A stretch of DNA of 64,000 nt from Hyaloraphidium curvatum SAG 235-1 (GCA_025558095.1 JAIVFI010000024.1:372001-436000), one strand, 5' to 3'; numbered from the stretch's first letter, positions 50,524 to 63,650 are shown. Program-made: numbers and translations. The notes: generated from the sequence alone by a model not told the origin.

Positions 50524-52005
50524 TCAAGAACGAATGAAACTGTCCCGAGCTATAATCTTCTGCGCCCACTTGACCACGGGAGCATCGATCTGCAATCAAG
50601 TACCAGTTAAGGCCCCTGCGCATCTCCGTTTGGGCCCTTCGTACCATCTTTCCATCCAGGGTGAATGCGCCGACCCCCTTCCTGACGAACTCGTCGAAAC
50701 CATCCACGATCCGCTTCGCGTACTCCACGTCCTTCGAACTCGGGGCAAAGACCCGCTGAATGATGTCCACCTGCCGCGGGTGGATCGCCTGCTTCCCCGT
50801 GAATCCCCATTGCCGGCCCTCGTTGCACTCTTCCTCCAGAGTTGCATCGTTCTGGTAATCCACGCAAACCAGATCGATAGCTTGCAGTCCAAACGCAGCC
50901 GCATGAGTAACCAGCGCCTGCCGCGCGTACTGCATCTCCGTCCGCGAGGGCGTGCGAGTGCAGTGAACGTCCGCACAGTAGTCTTCGCTCGCGACTACAG
51001 TAAACGTTAGCCGGGTCCGCGCAGCATCAGCACACGGCTCACAGATCAGCCCGTCCATCCGGGGTTCGCTGGTCGAGATTTCACGCAGGTTCAAGATGCC
51101 CATCGCGGATTCAATGGCTGCCAATAGCCGGACGTTTTGCCGACTGGAAAGCGCGGCTGCATCAGTATCGTCCCAATCCACGTGAGCCCCAACCCGCGCT
51201 CACTTGCTCTCCGGAGCTACGGCATCGATCATTCGCGCCACAAAAAGGACATCGCTCGCGCTCTGGACCTTTGGAATAACGATGGCGCGCAAGTTCTTCG
51301 ACCGCAACTGAAAGGAGCTTTAGACCTAATGATTTTCGCGGCGTCAACGTTCTGTAAGCACTCACAATCACGCTTAGATCATCGACTTCCAAGCCAGATC
51401 CGACGCTGTTGATGCGCACGGCCTTCTCCCTCTTGCCAATGTCGAAGGTCTGAACCGCAGCTCGAACATTCAGCTCACGACTGAGCACAGGCCGACAGTC
51501 CCCTCACTTCAAGAGCATTGAAGACCTTCTCCCGTGCCTCCCCTTTCCGGTTGATTGCCACTCCATCCTCGAGGTCATAGACGATCGTGTCGGCGGCGGA
51601 CTTCAGCGACGACTGCAGCTTCCGATCGTCGCTGCCTGCCATGTTCAGCCGAGACAGTAAGAGAAGGAGCCTCTGCAGACAGTAGGCTAGGGCATACCAG
51701 GAACTACAGGCCAGGTTCGTGAGCCACCGTGGGAGCAGAGACCCGAGCAGTCTCACCGTTGAAAAGAGCGCGCCTTAGCCTCTCTGGCCTGTCCAATGTG
51801 CTTCCAGCAGACGCAACCGTCGAAGAATATAAACGGCATTTGGCCCTCGACGCGATTACGGCTTCTGGGGGACAGAAATCAGTGGTCCGACCAGCGGCAA
51901 GGCCGCCTCCCACCGACCTGCGATGGGTCGCGAGTCCGGAGACAATCGGCCCAGAATGATGCCATCATAGGCCCGATGAAGGCATCTCGCTGCCGACGAG
52001 CGCAT
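50524..52005 (-). CDS. CLYBL: HpcH/HpaI aldolase-citrate lyase beta family (CLYBL-like, probable mitochondrial presequence)
   Basis: YDLEDGVAINRK, AVRINS, AAIESAMG, ASEDYCAD, AIDLVC, GFTGKQAIHPRQV, LDGKMIDAPVVKWA. Confidence 0.9.
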
Positions 52006-52081
52006 CGTGACCGGATTTGATGGGTTGACGTGCGTCCGTTGCCGCCGGCGGCGGCGGCGCAACTTCCTGGCTCCACACAAC

Positions 52082-52930
52082 ATGCAACAACATCCGCAGG
52101 CAAGTGGAGCCCAGCAGACTGCGAGTTTCTCCCGGCATGAATTTTGACACAAACGTGCCGCGCGATGCAGTACCAAGAGATCGCGGACCACGTGAAGCGC
52201 TATCCGAAGCACGGGCAGTACCTCTTTCTGACGTACCTGGACCTCATCGTCGGTTGGTTGGGGCTGCTTGTTCCCTGCTTCGAGCCTTGCGAGCTTTCTT
52301 TGCAGCCAGGCGATGGCCAAGGTTGCAGATTGTGGACGTGGACGCGATCGGACGAAGCTTCATGGTCGGGGAGAAGGAACCGGGCGTGAGGACACTTGGA
52401 CCTCCTCACAGCATTGCTGCGACTCATCGATCTGTTCTTGGTTGTCAGGGCGAGATCCACATAGTTTTGCCCGCGTGCATCGACGAGTTCGTCGATCCCC
52501 AGGGGTGGGCCTCATTGCTTCGCGCCCCGGGATCCCCCCTCATTCCACCTTCAGGCTGGCCGAACTCTTCCGGAACATTCCACGACGTGAACTGTTGCCG
52601 GATCGGCGGACATTTGTCCCACCGGCGGCCTCTGCGGCGGGGAAGGCTCGGACTGTTCCCGATAAACGGGCGGAGCTTGGAGGGATCGACGAGCTCACTC
52701 AGGAACGGCCGCTAGCGGTCAGCGGACTTGCCGCAGAACCTGCCGCGGCAGCAGAGTCGGGCGAAGAGCGCGCAGCTGGTGGTTTAGATGCCAGCGGTGG
52801 AAGCGCAGAGCGGACAGCAGCCAAGGGGCCCAAAAAGCTTCCAGAGAGTATCGTGCTCGCGGTTGCCGATCATTCTTCGACCGTGGTGTATTACCGGGTG
52901 TGGGACGGCATCGTGCCTCCGCGAGTGTAA
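52082..52930 (+). CDS. SEN15: tRNA-splicing endonuclease subunit Sen15-like, multi-exon
   Basis: FLTYLDLIV|ARRW..., IVLP, C-terminal SIVLAVADHSSTVVYYRVWDGIVPPR. Confidence 0.8.
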
Positions 52931-52938
52931 TGATCCGT

Positions 52939-54301
52939 CTATTCGACCTTGTTCAAAGCCTCGTTCGTGATCTGGAGCTCATCAATCTCCGGCGAGAGCT
53001 CAGACAGGCTCTCATACGCCTCCTTGTAATAGGCGAGCTGCCGGATGGCGACGTCAGTGGGTTCGTTGGATGGAAACGGCCACTACCCGTACCTGGGCGG
53101 CCACGAGATCGGCAAGGTTCGCCAGTGGTTGGGGCGACGTGACGACGGCTTTCATCTGATGGACATTGTCGCAGAACTTAGAATGAGCTCGGGAATCTTC
53201 GGGGCTCTGCCTACCTTGTTCATGGCGTCTTCCACGGCGGCGACGAACTCGTCCTCGGCCTTCTCCATTTCGTGCCGCGCGGCCTCCAGCTTCTCGGGCT
53301 TGGCGGTTTTGACGCGCTGCTTGCACGCGTCGTAATTGAGACGGCAGGTTTGGACATCCTTGCGCGCCTTCTGCATGGTCAAGTGGCATTTAGTTGGCGA
53401 CACGAGGGACGCAGCGTGACGACCGAACCATGGCGGGCATGATAATCCCGGTCTGCGTGTTCATGAACGGCTTGTAGAAGCGTTCCGTGATGTCGTTGTC
53501 CATCCGGATCTTGGCGTTGCCAATCTTCTCCGACACCGCGGCGACCTTCTGCAGCGCCGCCCCAGTAGGTTCCTCCGTCCCCAGGGCCTGAGCCGCTTGT
53601 CCGGTCGCCCGTGCGATCGCATGGCTCAGAGTCAAAGGCTCCTCCTTGGAAGGGGGCTTCGGAGGCGGTGCGGCGCCCCCTTTCAAACATGGCCCCGTCA
53701 GCAAAGGCAAAGGGAGCCTTACGCAAGTGCTACGAACCCTGAATCTTTGAAGCGGCGCTCGTGGCAAGACTGCCCAACGACGAGCCCAGCTGCGTCGTCA
53801 GGTCACCGATAGTGTCCCCGAGAGGAATGTCTGAAGCGGCCAACGCGTCAACGGGACAGAGAAACGGTCCACGGCGTCGGCCCACCGTAGTCGATGTGTT
53901 TCGTGTATGCCCTCGTGATCTTAACCATGCTCTCGTGAAAAATCCTGATCTTGTCCACCCTCTGAAAGCAAATGCAAAGTTGGTGGCCGAGACCGAGGCT
54001 TACGTGGGAAGACCGACCTCTTCAAGCTCCTTGTACCTGTCCAGCGAGGCTGGCGTGAACACCGAGGATACGAGCGGAAACTAGCATCTGCTCACTCTTG
54101 CGGCAATTCCGTGACCTCTGCGCTCCCCATTCGCTCGGAGAGAAGCTGCCGTCCCGTGGAGACGCTCTTGGAGAGCTTTGCCCCGAGAGGTCCAAGAGTG
54201 CTTCCGATGGACTTGAAGATCCCGCCGACGCCCTCCTGGACCGCTCCAAGGCTGGGTGTCATCGATGCGGAAGATCCACTCGGGTTTGGAGAACCGGACA
54301 T
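52939..54301 (-). CDS. GVP36: BAR-domain protein, Gvp36-like, multi-exon
   Basis: ERMGSAEVTELPQEYKELE, PLTLSHAIARA, RLNYDACK, EKAEDEFVAAVEDAM, AQLAYYKEA. Confidence 0.82.
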
Positions 54302-54419
54302 GGTGCCGGCGAGTAGGGAGGAGAGGGGACGCGCACGCAAGTTACTAGTCGTTCCCACGCGCCACCCGCGGCTGCTGTCACAAGCTCCCATGGCAGCCTT
54401 CGCATTCAAACAATCAGAT

Positions 54420-55529
54420 TCACGTGCCATTCAGACCCTCAGATCCACCATCAGCCGCGCCAGATGCAAGTGGCCTATCCTCCGTCCCGCCACAGCTTTC
54501 ATCCGCACCGCGCGACGCCTCAACATCCCCGACCGCCGTGCTCTCGCCAGAGTCCTTCGCGGTCAGACCTTTCCGCTGCGGTATCGCCTTCCAAAATGCG
54601 GCCTCCCAATCACGGACCTCGAGCCACTGCGAAACGATCTCGAACACCTGGTCCACGGTCAGCACAGGCCGTCCCTTCATCTGAATGTACGAATCGATCT
54701 TCAGCCGCCCGTGTGCGATGCCCTGCTCCAGGGCGCGGTTGTAGCAGAGCATCTTGTGCCGATTCTTGTCCACGATGCCGCCGATGATGTAGATTTTGTC
54801 CTCTTCGATCTCCTCGATCGTGTTCGGGCTGTCCGCGGTCAGGTAAACGGCCTTCTCGCGCGCGTCGGGGAAAACGTCCAGGTAATGCCGGGGGTCGCAA
54901 TTCATCTAGCGTCCAATGGTGGACGTGAAGAGAGGGACAGGCAGCGATCGGGGCGCCTCACCTTCCAACTCTTCCAGTGCGGCTGCCGCCTGTCGAGGTT
55001 CGCTTCCAAAACGCCCTTCAGACTGGTTGCCGCCAGCTGCATCGGATGCCGAGCCGCGCGATTCTTCGAGTAGCAAATGGCAATCTGCTTCGACATTGAC
55101 TGGAGCTCCTGTCGTCACCGACCCGGTCAGCGTTCCGGATCGACCAAGGGCGCAGAGCTCCGGGCGGCCCACGTTCTCGGTCATGAGCTCCTCAAAGTCG
55201 CAGTCGATCACCACGCGCGCCTTCGAAGGCGTTGGCGGCGGCTTCTTGACCACGTTCGCAAGACCGCCCTGCGCTGCCAGTTGTGCCCTCTCCGCCTTCC
55301 GCTTTGCTTCCCGCACACGGTCCTTCTCTTTGAGTATCTTTTTTCTCTCGTCCCTAGTGGCCAGCCATCTCTGCTCCTTCAGTAGCCGCTTCCGGGCGTT
55401 CTTTGACAGTTGCTGCTGTTGCTCCCCTGGTTCCCCCGGGTTCGACCCTTTGTGGCCGGCAGCGGCATTGTCCGACGATTGGAAACCTTCGGCACTATCT
55501 AGCCGAGTTTCCGGCCCCGGCTCGTCCAT
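54420..55529 (-). CDS. TRM10: tRNA (guanine-9-N1)-methyltransferase
   Basis: VIDCDFEELM, VYLTADS, YIIGGIVDKNRHK, VLTVDQVFEI, AIPQRK. Confidence 0.95.
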
Positions 55530-55608
55530 GGTTGCGGTGTCTGATGTTTAGCGGCGGCGACGCGCTCGGCGTCAAAGTTGTCGTTGCTTCCCCTCCCCGC
55601 ATCCCGCC

Positions 55609-56005
55609 ATGGCAGCGCGGGCATCGCTCTCCAGTGCCGTGCGCGAACTCCGGCTACATCTTAGCCAGACATCGCCCGGGAGCGAGGGCTTGCGGTATGC
55701 CGCCGGCGCCCCCGCCGCGTGAGCTCCGTCTCACGATGTCGCCTGCAGGAACTTCATCAAAAACAACTACCAGGCCCTGAAGAAGGCCAATCCCGAGCTC
55801 CCGATCCTCATCAGGGAGTCTTCGACGGTGGAGGCGCGGATATTCGCCGAGTACGGTGCGTGGAGCTCGAGGGGCGCCTCCTCCGTCCACCGACGCGTTT
55901 CGACCCTCAACAGACCGCGGCGTGGAGCGGAAAGCCATCGTGGAGGGTTTCTCGGAGGCACAGATCAACGCAACGTTGGAGGACCTGGCGAAAGGGGCAA
56001 AGTGA
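55609..56005 (+). CDS. NDUFA2: NADH:ubiquinone oxidoreductase subunit B8/NDUFA2, 3 exons
   Basis: VRELRLHLSQTSPGSEGL|RNFIKNNYQALKKANPELPILIRE...FAEY|DRGVE. Confidence 0.92.
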
Positions 56006-56226
56006 CCGCGATTCCCGCCGTGGAAACGCTCTGCCGGAACCACTCTGGACTGGGGCCTTCGCGGCCTCCATGGATGATTCCCGCGATGGGCTCGTTGGGG
56101 AATCGTGTATCGGTGCGCTGACTACACCGGTTTGGGTATCGCCGACCTATCTCTACTCGGACTCGCTGCCGTCGCACCGCCCCAGTCCCGGCCCGACTCC
56201 CGCCCTTCCCGGGCGCCCGCCGCACG

Positions 56227-57658
56227 TCACGCCACGTCGAGGTTCCAATACCGCGCCTTGCCGTCGGCACTGCAGCTGGCAAAGCACGGATCAACGTTGC
56301 TGGCAGCAATGGCGCAGACCGTGTTCGAATGGCCCGGCAGCTTCTTCAGCGCCTGTCCCCCGACCCGCGAGTCCCACAGATGGCACTGGTTCGTGCGATC
56401 GTCGCCGGAAATGACATAGTCCTCGTTGAAGGACAGGGCTGCCGTAATCTGCGTCGTCTGCACGGTCCGTGAGGCGTGTGGCCTTGCCAAAGCACGACGT
56501 AACCCACCACGAAAGAGGCCCCCTCGTAGCTTCGTATCGCGCGCCCGGAGGCGACGTCCCAGAGTTTCACGGTCGAGTCGCCTCCCGTGGAAAGGATGTA
56601 ACGCGAATTGCGGGTGAATTTGCAGCACCACACCGGCTGCGATTTGTGGGCATTGTCCAGGGTAATCGTGCAGCGGCCCGAGACGACGTCGAACACCTTG
56701 ATCGAACCGTCGTCGCTGCAAGTGGCAAAAAGGGCACCGCTCGGCGAGTAGCGGGCGAAGTTTATGCCCTGCCTGTGCCAGTCGGCGGCATTAGGAGGCG
56801 TGTAGCAGGCCGACGTCTTCACGTCGTAGACCCGGGGCGCCTCGTGGTCCGTGCCGGCGAGAATGAAGTCACCGCTGGGGTGGAACGAGATCGTCCGGAC
56901 GGGGTGGGAGTCCTGAAAGAAACCGTCAGCCGACGTCGGTGGCCGATCGCGAAAGGCTTACGTTGATGAACCGGAGGGCCCGCTTCGCGTTGGGCTTCGT
57001 CAGGTCAAAGACCTTGATCGTCCGGTCCTCCGAGCTCGTAGCGACGGCCAGACCCCCGGGATGCCAGGAAACGTCCGTAATGGCTCCAACATGATCGTGT
57101 AAAGAACGCACGATGGGCCGCTCCTCGCCCTCGGTCCGTGCGGCGTTCATTCTCGCCACCTCCATGACCTTCGCGGTCGTATCCTTGGATCCCGTGCACA
57201 GGTACTTGCCTGGCGCGAAAATGAGACCGCATCACGTCAGGCAACCACCTCTGCCCACCGTCCGGGCTGAACGCCGCGCACTTGACCGCCGCCTTGTGGC
57301 TCGCCACGAACCACACGCTGTAGTTGGGCGCCGGCTTCGGCTGGTAGCGCTCTCCCTCCTGGATGACCAGGTTGTCCTCCTCGTCCTCGTCCATCTCCCT
57401 CCCGGCAAACTCGACCTCGTCCGCGCCGTCCTCGGCCTCCTCCGCGGCCCTGCCGAGGGACGCGAGCTCCATGAGCCGGCCCGAGGGCGCGAACGCGGGG
57501 TTCATCCCCGTCGCGATCGCCACCGCGCCGCCGAGCTCCTTGAAGCCCAGTTCCTGGAGCTGGTTCACGATGAGCTGGAGCAGTTCCTCTCGGGAGACCG
57601 AGGGCGCGGCGGGCTCGGCGTCCGGCGCGGCGCCGTTGGGCGCGGGCGACGCGGCCAT
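56227..57658 (-). CDS. CSTF1: Cleavage stimulation factor 50 kDa subunit (CstF-50), multi-exon
   Basis: N-terminal dimerisation-like segment LLQLIVNQL...APSGRLMEL; FVASHKAAVKCAAFSPDG, RPIVRSLHDH, WD40 repeats. Confidence 0.88.
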
Positions 57659-57867
57659 CGCCGGTGCCTGTCCGCAGACGCGGCAGCAGGTCCAGGGACG
57701 CGATGGGACCCGGAGACTGCCTATTGGAGGCACAGGTAGCGCGTTCGCGGAACCCACTCGGGCCCCCGCGGTTCAGGGATGCAAGAGCGACGTTGAGATG
57801 CGGACCAGAGGCGACGTCGGACAAGTATCAGGCGCAACAAAACGATGGAAGAGGCGTCGGAGAAGAT

Positions 57868-59627
57868 TCATTCCGACTCTTCCAGAGTCACGACCAGCTT
57901 CTTCGCCGACCGATCAAACACCGCCCTCCCCTTTGCCTCGTCGGCAAAGTCGACGCTGACGGGCAGCTTCACGCGGAGGCGGTACTTCTCAGGGACCTCG
58001 AAGGCGATCGCGTCCCGCGAGACGTCGAGCGCGGCCGATGCAAGCGTCGTCTAGAAAGGGAGCACGTCAGCCGCGGTTCGTAGGAGCCCGGGAAGAAGCC
58101 CACCATGCCCGGAAGCTCGATCTCCACCGCCACCATCCGCTTCGGCGCCGTCCCCGTCACCCGCACGATGTGCCTCGGCTCCTCCGGCGCCGGTGCGGCC
58201 TCTGCCGGCGGTCCCGCGTGTCCGTTGATTCCGTTGGCGGGCGGCGGCGGTCGGGTGGCGGCGATCGGAGCGGTTGGGGGTCGTTCGGGCTCGCCCGCCC
58301 GATCCAGTGCGGGTCGGGGCGGCTCCCTCTCCCGGATCGTTTCAGCGACGGCCTTCGGTGCTTCCCTCTCCCGAATCGTTCCCGCGACGGCCTTTGGCGG
58401 CTCCCTCTCGGCGATCTTTTCCGCGACGGCGGGCTTGGCAGCCGGCTGCTTCTCGGCGACCTTCTCTCTCGCCGGCTCCCCCTTGTCGGCGGGCGGAGGC
58501 GGCGCGGTGGGCTTCAGGATCGACTTTGGTTGGGCTGGCTCCTTCCCCTTGGCCGTCTTCGGGGGCTCGTCGTCCTCCAGCTCGACAATTCGGGGCCCGG
58601 AGGGTGGGCTGGCCGGCGACGGTTTCGGGGCGGGCTTCGAGGCGGGTTTGGAGGACGACGGGGGCGCGACGGTGATCTTGCCGACGACGCCCTTGGCGCG
58701 CATCTTGGGGAACGCAAAGTCTGGTCGGTGGGCGGGCCGCGTTAGCCGACACCTCTACGGCGCGCCCGCCGCCCACCCACCCCTGCTCAGCGCGAGCCCG
58801 TGCTGCTCCTCCACGTTCTCCACCACGATCTCGGACAGGAACGCCTGGTACTCCACGTCCTTTTCCGCGAGCTCGACGACCGACGAGTGCATGCACGCGT
58901 CGACCTCGACGCAGCTCCGCCCTGCCTTGTCCAGCCCCGCCCGCGGCGGCCCGACGGCGATCGGCACGCGATACTCGAACGGCGCGGCGCCCTGCACGAC
59001 CTGGCGGATGGTGACGGAGCCCAGCGGGGGCGGGGCGAACATGTCGGGCGAGTGGCAGACGTTGATGAAGACCTTGACGTCGGCGGGGTAGTTCGGGGTG
59101 GCGATCCTGTTGTGCGACTTGACGACGTAGGCGGGTATCGGGGTGACGACGACGGAGGAGGGAGGCGGGGCGGCGCGGGCTTTGCCGGGGGCGGTAGAGG
59201 CAGAGGGAGACGCGGCCGAAGTCGAGGGCTTCGAGGGCCCCGATGGAGAGAAAGAGGGTCCGGATTTCGACGCCGACGCGCCGCCGTTGGCCGACGAGGA
59301 GGCCTTGGAAGGTCCCGAAGGTCCGAAAGGCCCGGGAGGCCCTGCAGGTCCACCCCGACCCCCCGCTCCGCGCGCCAGATCCCCGGCCATCCTGTCCAGC
59401 GACTCGGCCAGGTCGTCCCACGACATGCCCGAGTCTGCCAGGTTCTTTTCCATCTCCTTTGCCATGTCGGGGTTCGCCTTCATGTCCGCCAGCATCTCCT
59501 TGTAGTCTCCGGACGCGAGCAGCTTCAGGAGCGCGTCCTCCGAGTCCTCGCGCGAGATCTGCTCGTCCGAGAAGCCGATCGTGTCCTCTGCGGGGCCCGG
59601 CGGCCGCTGCCGCTGCTTTGGCGGCAT
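57868..59627 (-). CDS. PIH1-domain co-chaperone (PIH1D1/Kintoun-like) with a C-terminal CS-like domain
   Basis: VTPIPAYVVKS, KVFINVCHS, YRVPIAVGPPR..DKAGRSCVEVDA, VEIELPG, AVFDRSAKKLVVTL. Confidence 0.85.
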
Positions 59628-59757
59628 CCTTCCCCACTTTGGCTGTCGGGTGTCTGGTGCCGGTGCCGCCGCGTGATTGGTTGACTTGTTGACTTGATCT
59701 GATCTTGCGATCCGGCCCCGGCGCTCCACGTGGCCGGCGCCCGGCCGGCGGCGCTGA

Positions 59758-62009
59758 ATGCGCGTATTGCCGCGGGCAGCGCGTGCCGCACTGCTGCGCG
59801 GCGTGCCGTCGGGGCCGCGTCCCTCCGTGCCCCCCGCGCGCGCCGTAACTCCGTGGCCGCCCGCGATGGCGCCCGCCGCGGCCCGCCTCGCCACGCGGCC
59901 GCCGCCGACCCCGCCGCCCGCGCAGGCGGAGCCCGGCGACTCGCCGCCCGCGGAGCCCTCGCGGCTGTCGGAGCTGGGCCGCTGGCTGCAGGCGAACCTG
60001 CCGTCGCTGCCGTCGCTGCCCTCGCTGCCAAGCGCCCCTGCCTTCCTGCGCCGCGGGGACGCTGACAGGGCCGCGCAGGCCGCGGAGGACAAGGAGTACG
60101 TGGCTGGCTTCCCGGACCTGTCGGACCCGTACCAGAACGCCTCCAACGAGGCGCTGGCAAACACGGACCCCGTCTCGCGCCTCGAGTCGCACGTGAGCAC
60201 CGCGAACCCTGCCGGTGCTGCCGATGCCGCGAGGGCATTGGGACTTGCCGGGGAGGAGCCCGGCGCGGGCGACACCGGGGAGCGGGGGTCGGCCGACGGT
60301 CGATCTGGGGCGCCTCCCCAGCCGACCCCCGGAACCGGGCCCGAGGCGCCTCCGGTAGGTGCGCCACCTTTGGCACAGAAACCTCCGGTGGCTGCACGCC
60401 CGCTGCAGCAGCCAGGCACGGCTCAGCAGGCCCCCAAGGAGGCTCCTGCCCCGGCGGCTCCCGTGGCCCCCGCGGCGACTCCTGTCGCCCCAGCGAAACC
60501 CTTCGCGCACCCGCGCAATATGGTTCTTCCGCCGATCGATCTTGCGGCGCAACCTCCTAGGCAGCGTGCTATCCCGCACGAGCTCCTGGCCGCCCACGAC
60601 ATCCCCCCTCCCGCGGACCTCACACTCTGGCAGCGCGCAATGCACCGCTTCAACGCCCTGCTGTACCCTCCGGGCCCCGTGCGCCCTCGCGAACCCGAAC
60701 GGTGGCTGGACCACGTCACGCGGACGCTGTACGACGTCAAGCACGTCGTCGTCGTCGGGGTCCACGGGTGGTTTCCCATTAGGCTGATTTTGAGGTTCGT
60801 GGGCGAGCCGACGGGCACCTCGCCCCGCTTCGTGCACATGATGACCCGCGCGGTGCACGACTTTCTCTTCGAGCGCGGGATCAACCTCCCGCCCGACGCC
60901 ATCACGGGAATCGCACTCGAGGGGCCCGGTAGGGTCGAGGAGCGGATCGAGGCGCTGTACGCGCAGCTCCTCCGCCACCGCGAAGCCCTGGGTAGGGCGG
61001 ACATGGTTTTCTTCGCGGCGCACTCGCAGGGGAGCGTGGTGAGCGCGCACCTGCTGAGCAGGCTGGTCGCAAACGGGGTGCTGGATCCGGAGCGGACGAG
61101 GACGTGCCTGCTGGCCATGGCGGGCATTTCGCATGGTCCGTTCCCTTTCCTCAAGGTGGGCGACATGTCCTCTGCTGCCTCAAGCGCTGTCGCTGATCCC
61201 TCGAACAGCAAAACATCCTCATCCAGTACATCGAGCAGCAGGCCGCGCGCGAGCTCTTTGAGTTCTGCGACGACCCCGAGCGGGACCCCAACTCCAACTC
61301 GGCCCGGTACAAGCGCGCCTTGGAGCACATCCTGTCCAGCGGCGTGCGCGTGGTGGCCGTCGGATCGTGGTTCGACCAGGTCGTCCCGCTTTATTCGGCG
61401 CTGCTGCACCGATTCACGCACCCGCTCCTCTTCCGCGCCGTGCACATCTCGGCGCAGGACTACCAGCCCGACTTTCTCACCTCGCTCGTGACATTTGCCG
61501 TGCGCCTGCGCAACCGCGGGATCTGGGACCACGGCCTGCTCGTGCACCTCTCCGAGGTCGTCGCCGGCAGCCTCATCTCGGGAACCCAGGGGCACTCGAG
61601 CGTATACGAGGAACCAGATTGCTACTTGCTCGCGGTGCAGTGGCTCCTCTCGAACCACGGGATCGCGCCGCGGCGCGCGGGAGCACCGGACCCGGACTCG
61701 CTGGTCTGGACGTCGCAGTCTGACGCCGCGCAGAGCGGCCCGCCTCCGGGGCCCTATGGGCCGCTCACGGTGCATCCCCCGCCGCCCATCCACGCGTCGA
61801 CGGGGCGGATCAACCCGTTCCACCTCCCCTGGGTGATGCACGAGATCCTCGTGTCGCCGAGCGTGGCCGGCGACGAGGGGCTGCGCAGGGAGCTGCGGGG
61901 ACTGGTGGAGCAGTTCAGGCGCTGGGCGCCGCCGGACGATCGCAAGGCGTGGAAGGAGCTCAAGTGGAGGCTGGAGGCTCTGGCGAGCGTCCCCACTGCA
62001 AAGCTGTAG
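59758..62009 (+). CDS. YML020W-like fungal alpha/beta-hydrolase-fold protein (intron about 61156-61208)
   Basis: VVVGVHGWFP...GEPTGTSPRF, ALEGPGRVEER, AAHSQGSVV, MAGISHGP, DQVVPLYSA, GHSSVYEE, NPFHLPW. Confidence 0.82.
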
Positions 62010-62298
62010 CTTTCTGATGTCGAGTCTCAACAGCAAACCCCGAATTCCGCTCTGCTTAGTGGCTTCGCAGGCCGAGGACGAACGCTCCATGCGCTGCCAT
62101 CCGGATGGGAGACGAGTGTTCCTCGACTTGAGGGCTACGCTGCAAGACATGCGTTTGTTGGAATTGCGAATGGCGCCGCACGCAAATCCGAGGAGCTGCA
62201 ATGAGCTGCGTAGCATTCGAAGCTTGTTCTCAGAGCTTCTCCGTTCCCTCGAATGGCCAATCATGCCGCGAAATGCACTCAGCACGTGGTTCGGAAAG

Positions 62299-63215
62299 CT
62301 ACACATTTGTGGCGCCCGACTCGGCGCGATCCATCTCCCCGTCGATCGCCTCCTCGTCCTTTCCCTCCTCCGCCTCATCGTCCTCCAGGAGCGCCGGCTC
62401 GCTCAGCGGCCTGATCGGGGCGCGGCCTTTCGAGAGCAGGTAGGCCTCGTACTTTGCGCATGCGGATTCGAGGCTCGAAATGAACCTGGGCAGTCCATTT
62501 TTCGCAGCCCAGTTTATGAGCGCCTAAGGTAGGTTTGGTCAGCAGACGGCGCGGTCGACGCACGACGGCGGAATCTTACCTGGGGAATGTTGCCGCGGGG
62601 GTTCTCGTGGTAGACCATTTCGATCTCGGTCCCCTTGCCATCGCTCGTGGGGGTCATGACGATGGTCTGACGATAAGGATCGACGACGACGTGCCCGGAG
62701 GAGAGGTGCGGAAGCCGGAACCCGGTCCCGGTGGGATCGATCGAGCGGGCCAGGATGATGTGAAAGCGGCGGTCCTTCCTTCGCACCGTCTTGCGGTGCA
62801 TCGCGAAGTGGTACTCCCGGGAGGCCATGAACAGCGGATCTGGCGACGGAGGCGGTGAGCGGCGTCAAAGCATGGCCTCGAGGGCGCACAGACATTTGAG
62901 GCCGTAGAAGGCGACGAAGGAGTGGTCCGGATTGTCAAAAGGATCCCAGGAGCCCACCACGGGTTTCACAGCCAAGACGTTGGCATCCCAAGCCGGTCTG
63001 AACTCATAATCCAAGTACACGCGCAGCAACAGCTCTGTGTCGATGCGCGGAAACGTCCCCCGGACTTTGTAGTCATACAGGCCGCTGTCCAGAGGCCTCC
63101 TCTCAAGGTCCCAGACGTCTGCAATTCTCAGAAAACGTTCGTAAGGAGCTCCGCTTGTCCCCGTTTCGAACTGCCTGAGTGCCGACAGAAAGTCCTCCTT
63201 GGGGAACGGAGACAT
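62299..63215 (-). CDS. START-domain lipid-transfer protein (PCTP/STARD7-like), multi-exon
   Basis: GLYDYKVRG, YLDYEFRPAWD, YPLFMASREY, YHENPRGNIP. Confidence 0.85.
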
Positions 63216-63650
63216 GTTTGCGTTCCGCGAACTGGCGCGATGAAGTCAACGCCTGGGCGTGGGGCGCCGTTCGCTGCTCCGTTGCGGACGCCAAAGCAGT
63301 CGGGCTCTCCAAGAGTCCGCGGTCCGAGCACGACGAGGGCCGAGCGTCCTCGGACTGGTTACCAGTGTCGACCTGGCTGATTGGACCCCGCCGAGCCGTG
63401 CGGAAAGGCGCGGGAGGACGCGAACAGCTGCGGTCTATCGTTTCGCTTCCCGTTACCCTCTCCCTCCGTGAGTAGCCGTGGAGGACACGGCGCGAGGCCA
63501 GCAGCGTTTTCACGCGCCGAGTGCGCCGCCTGGCCGCCGCCGCGCGAGCGTGAGGGACGCAGCCGCGCGCCCCGCCGGCCCTCGCGCGCCCTGCCGGCCC
63601 TCGCGCGCCCGCCCTCCGCCCTCCGGCGCTGACGCCCCCGCAGCGCCGCC

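Noticed and set aside
57868-59627. Calling the PIH1 gene DNAAF2 and inferring a ciliary gene cluster with WRAP73
   Set aside because: PIH1D1 cannot be distinguished from Kintoun by eye, the genes are about 36 kb apart, and both families also occur in non-flagellated fungi.
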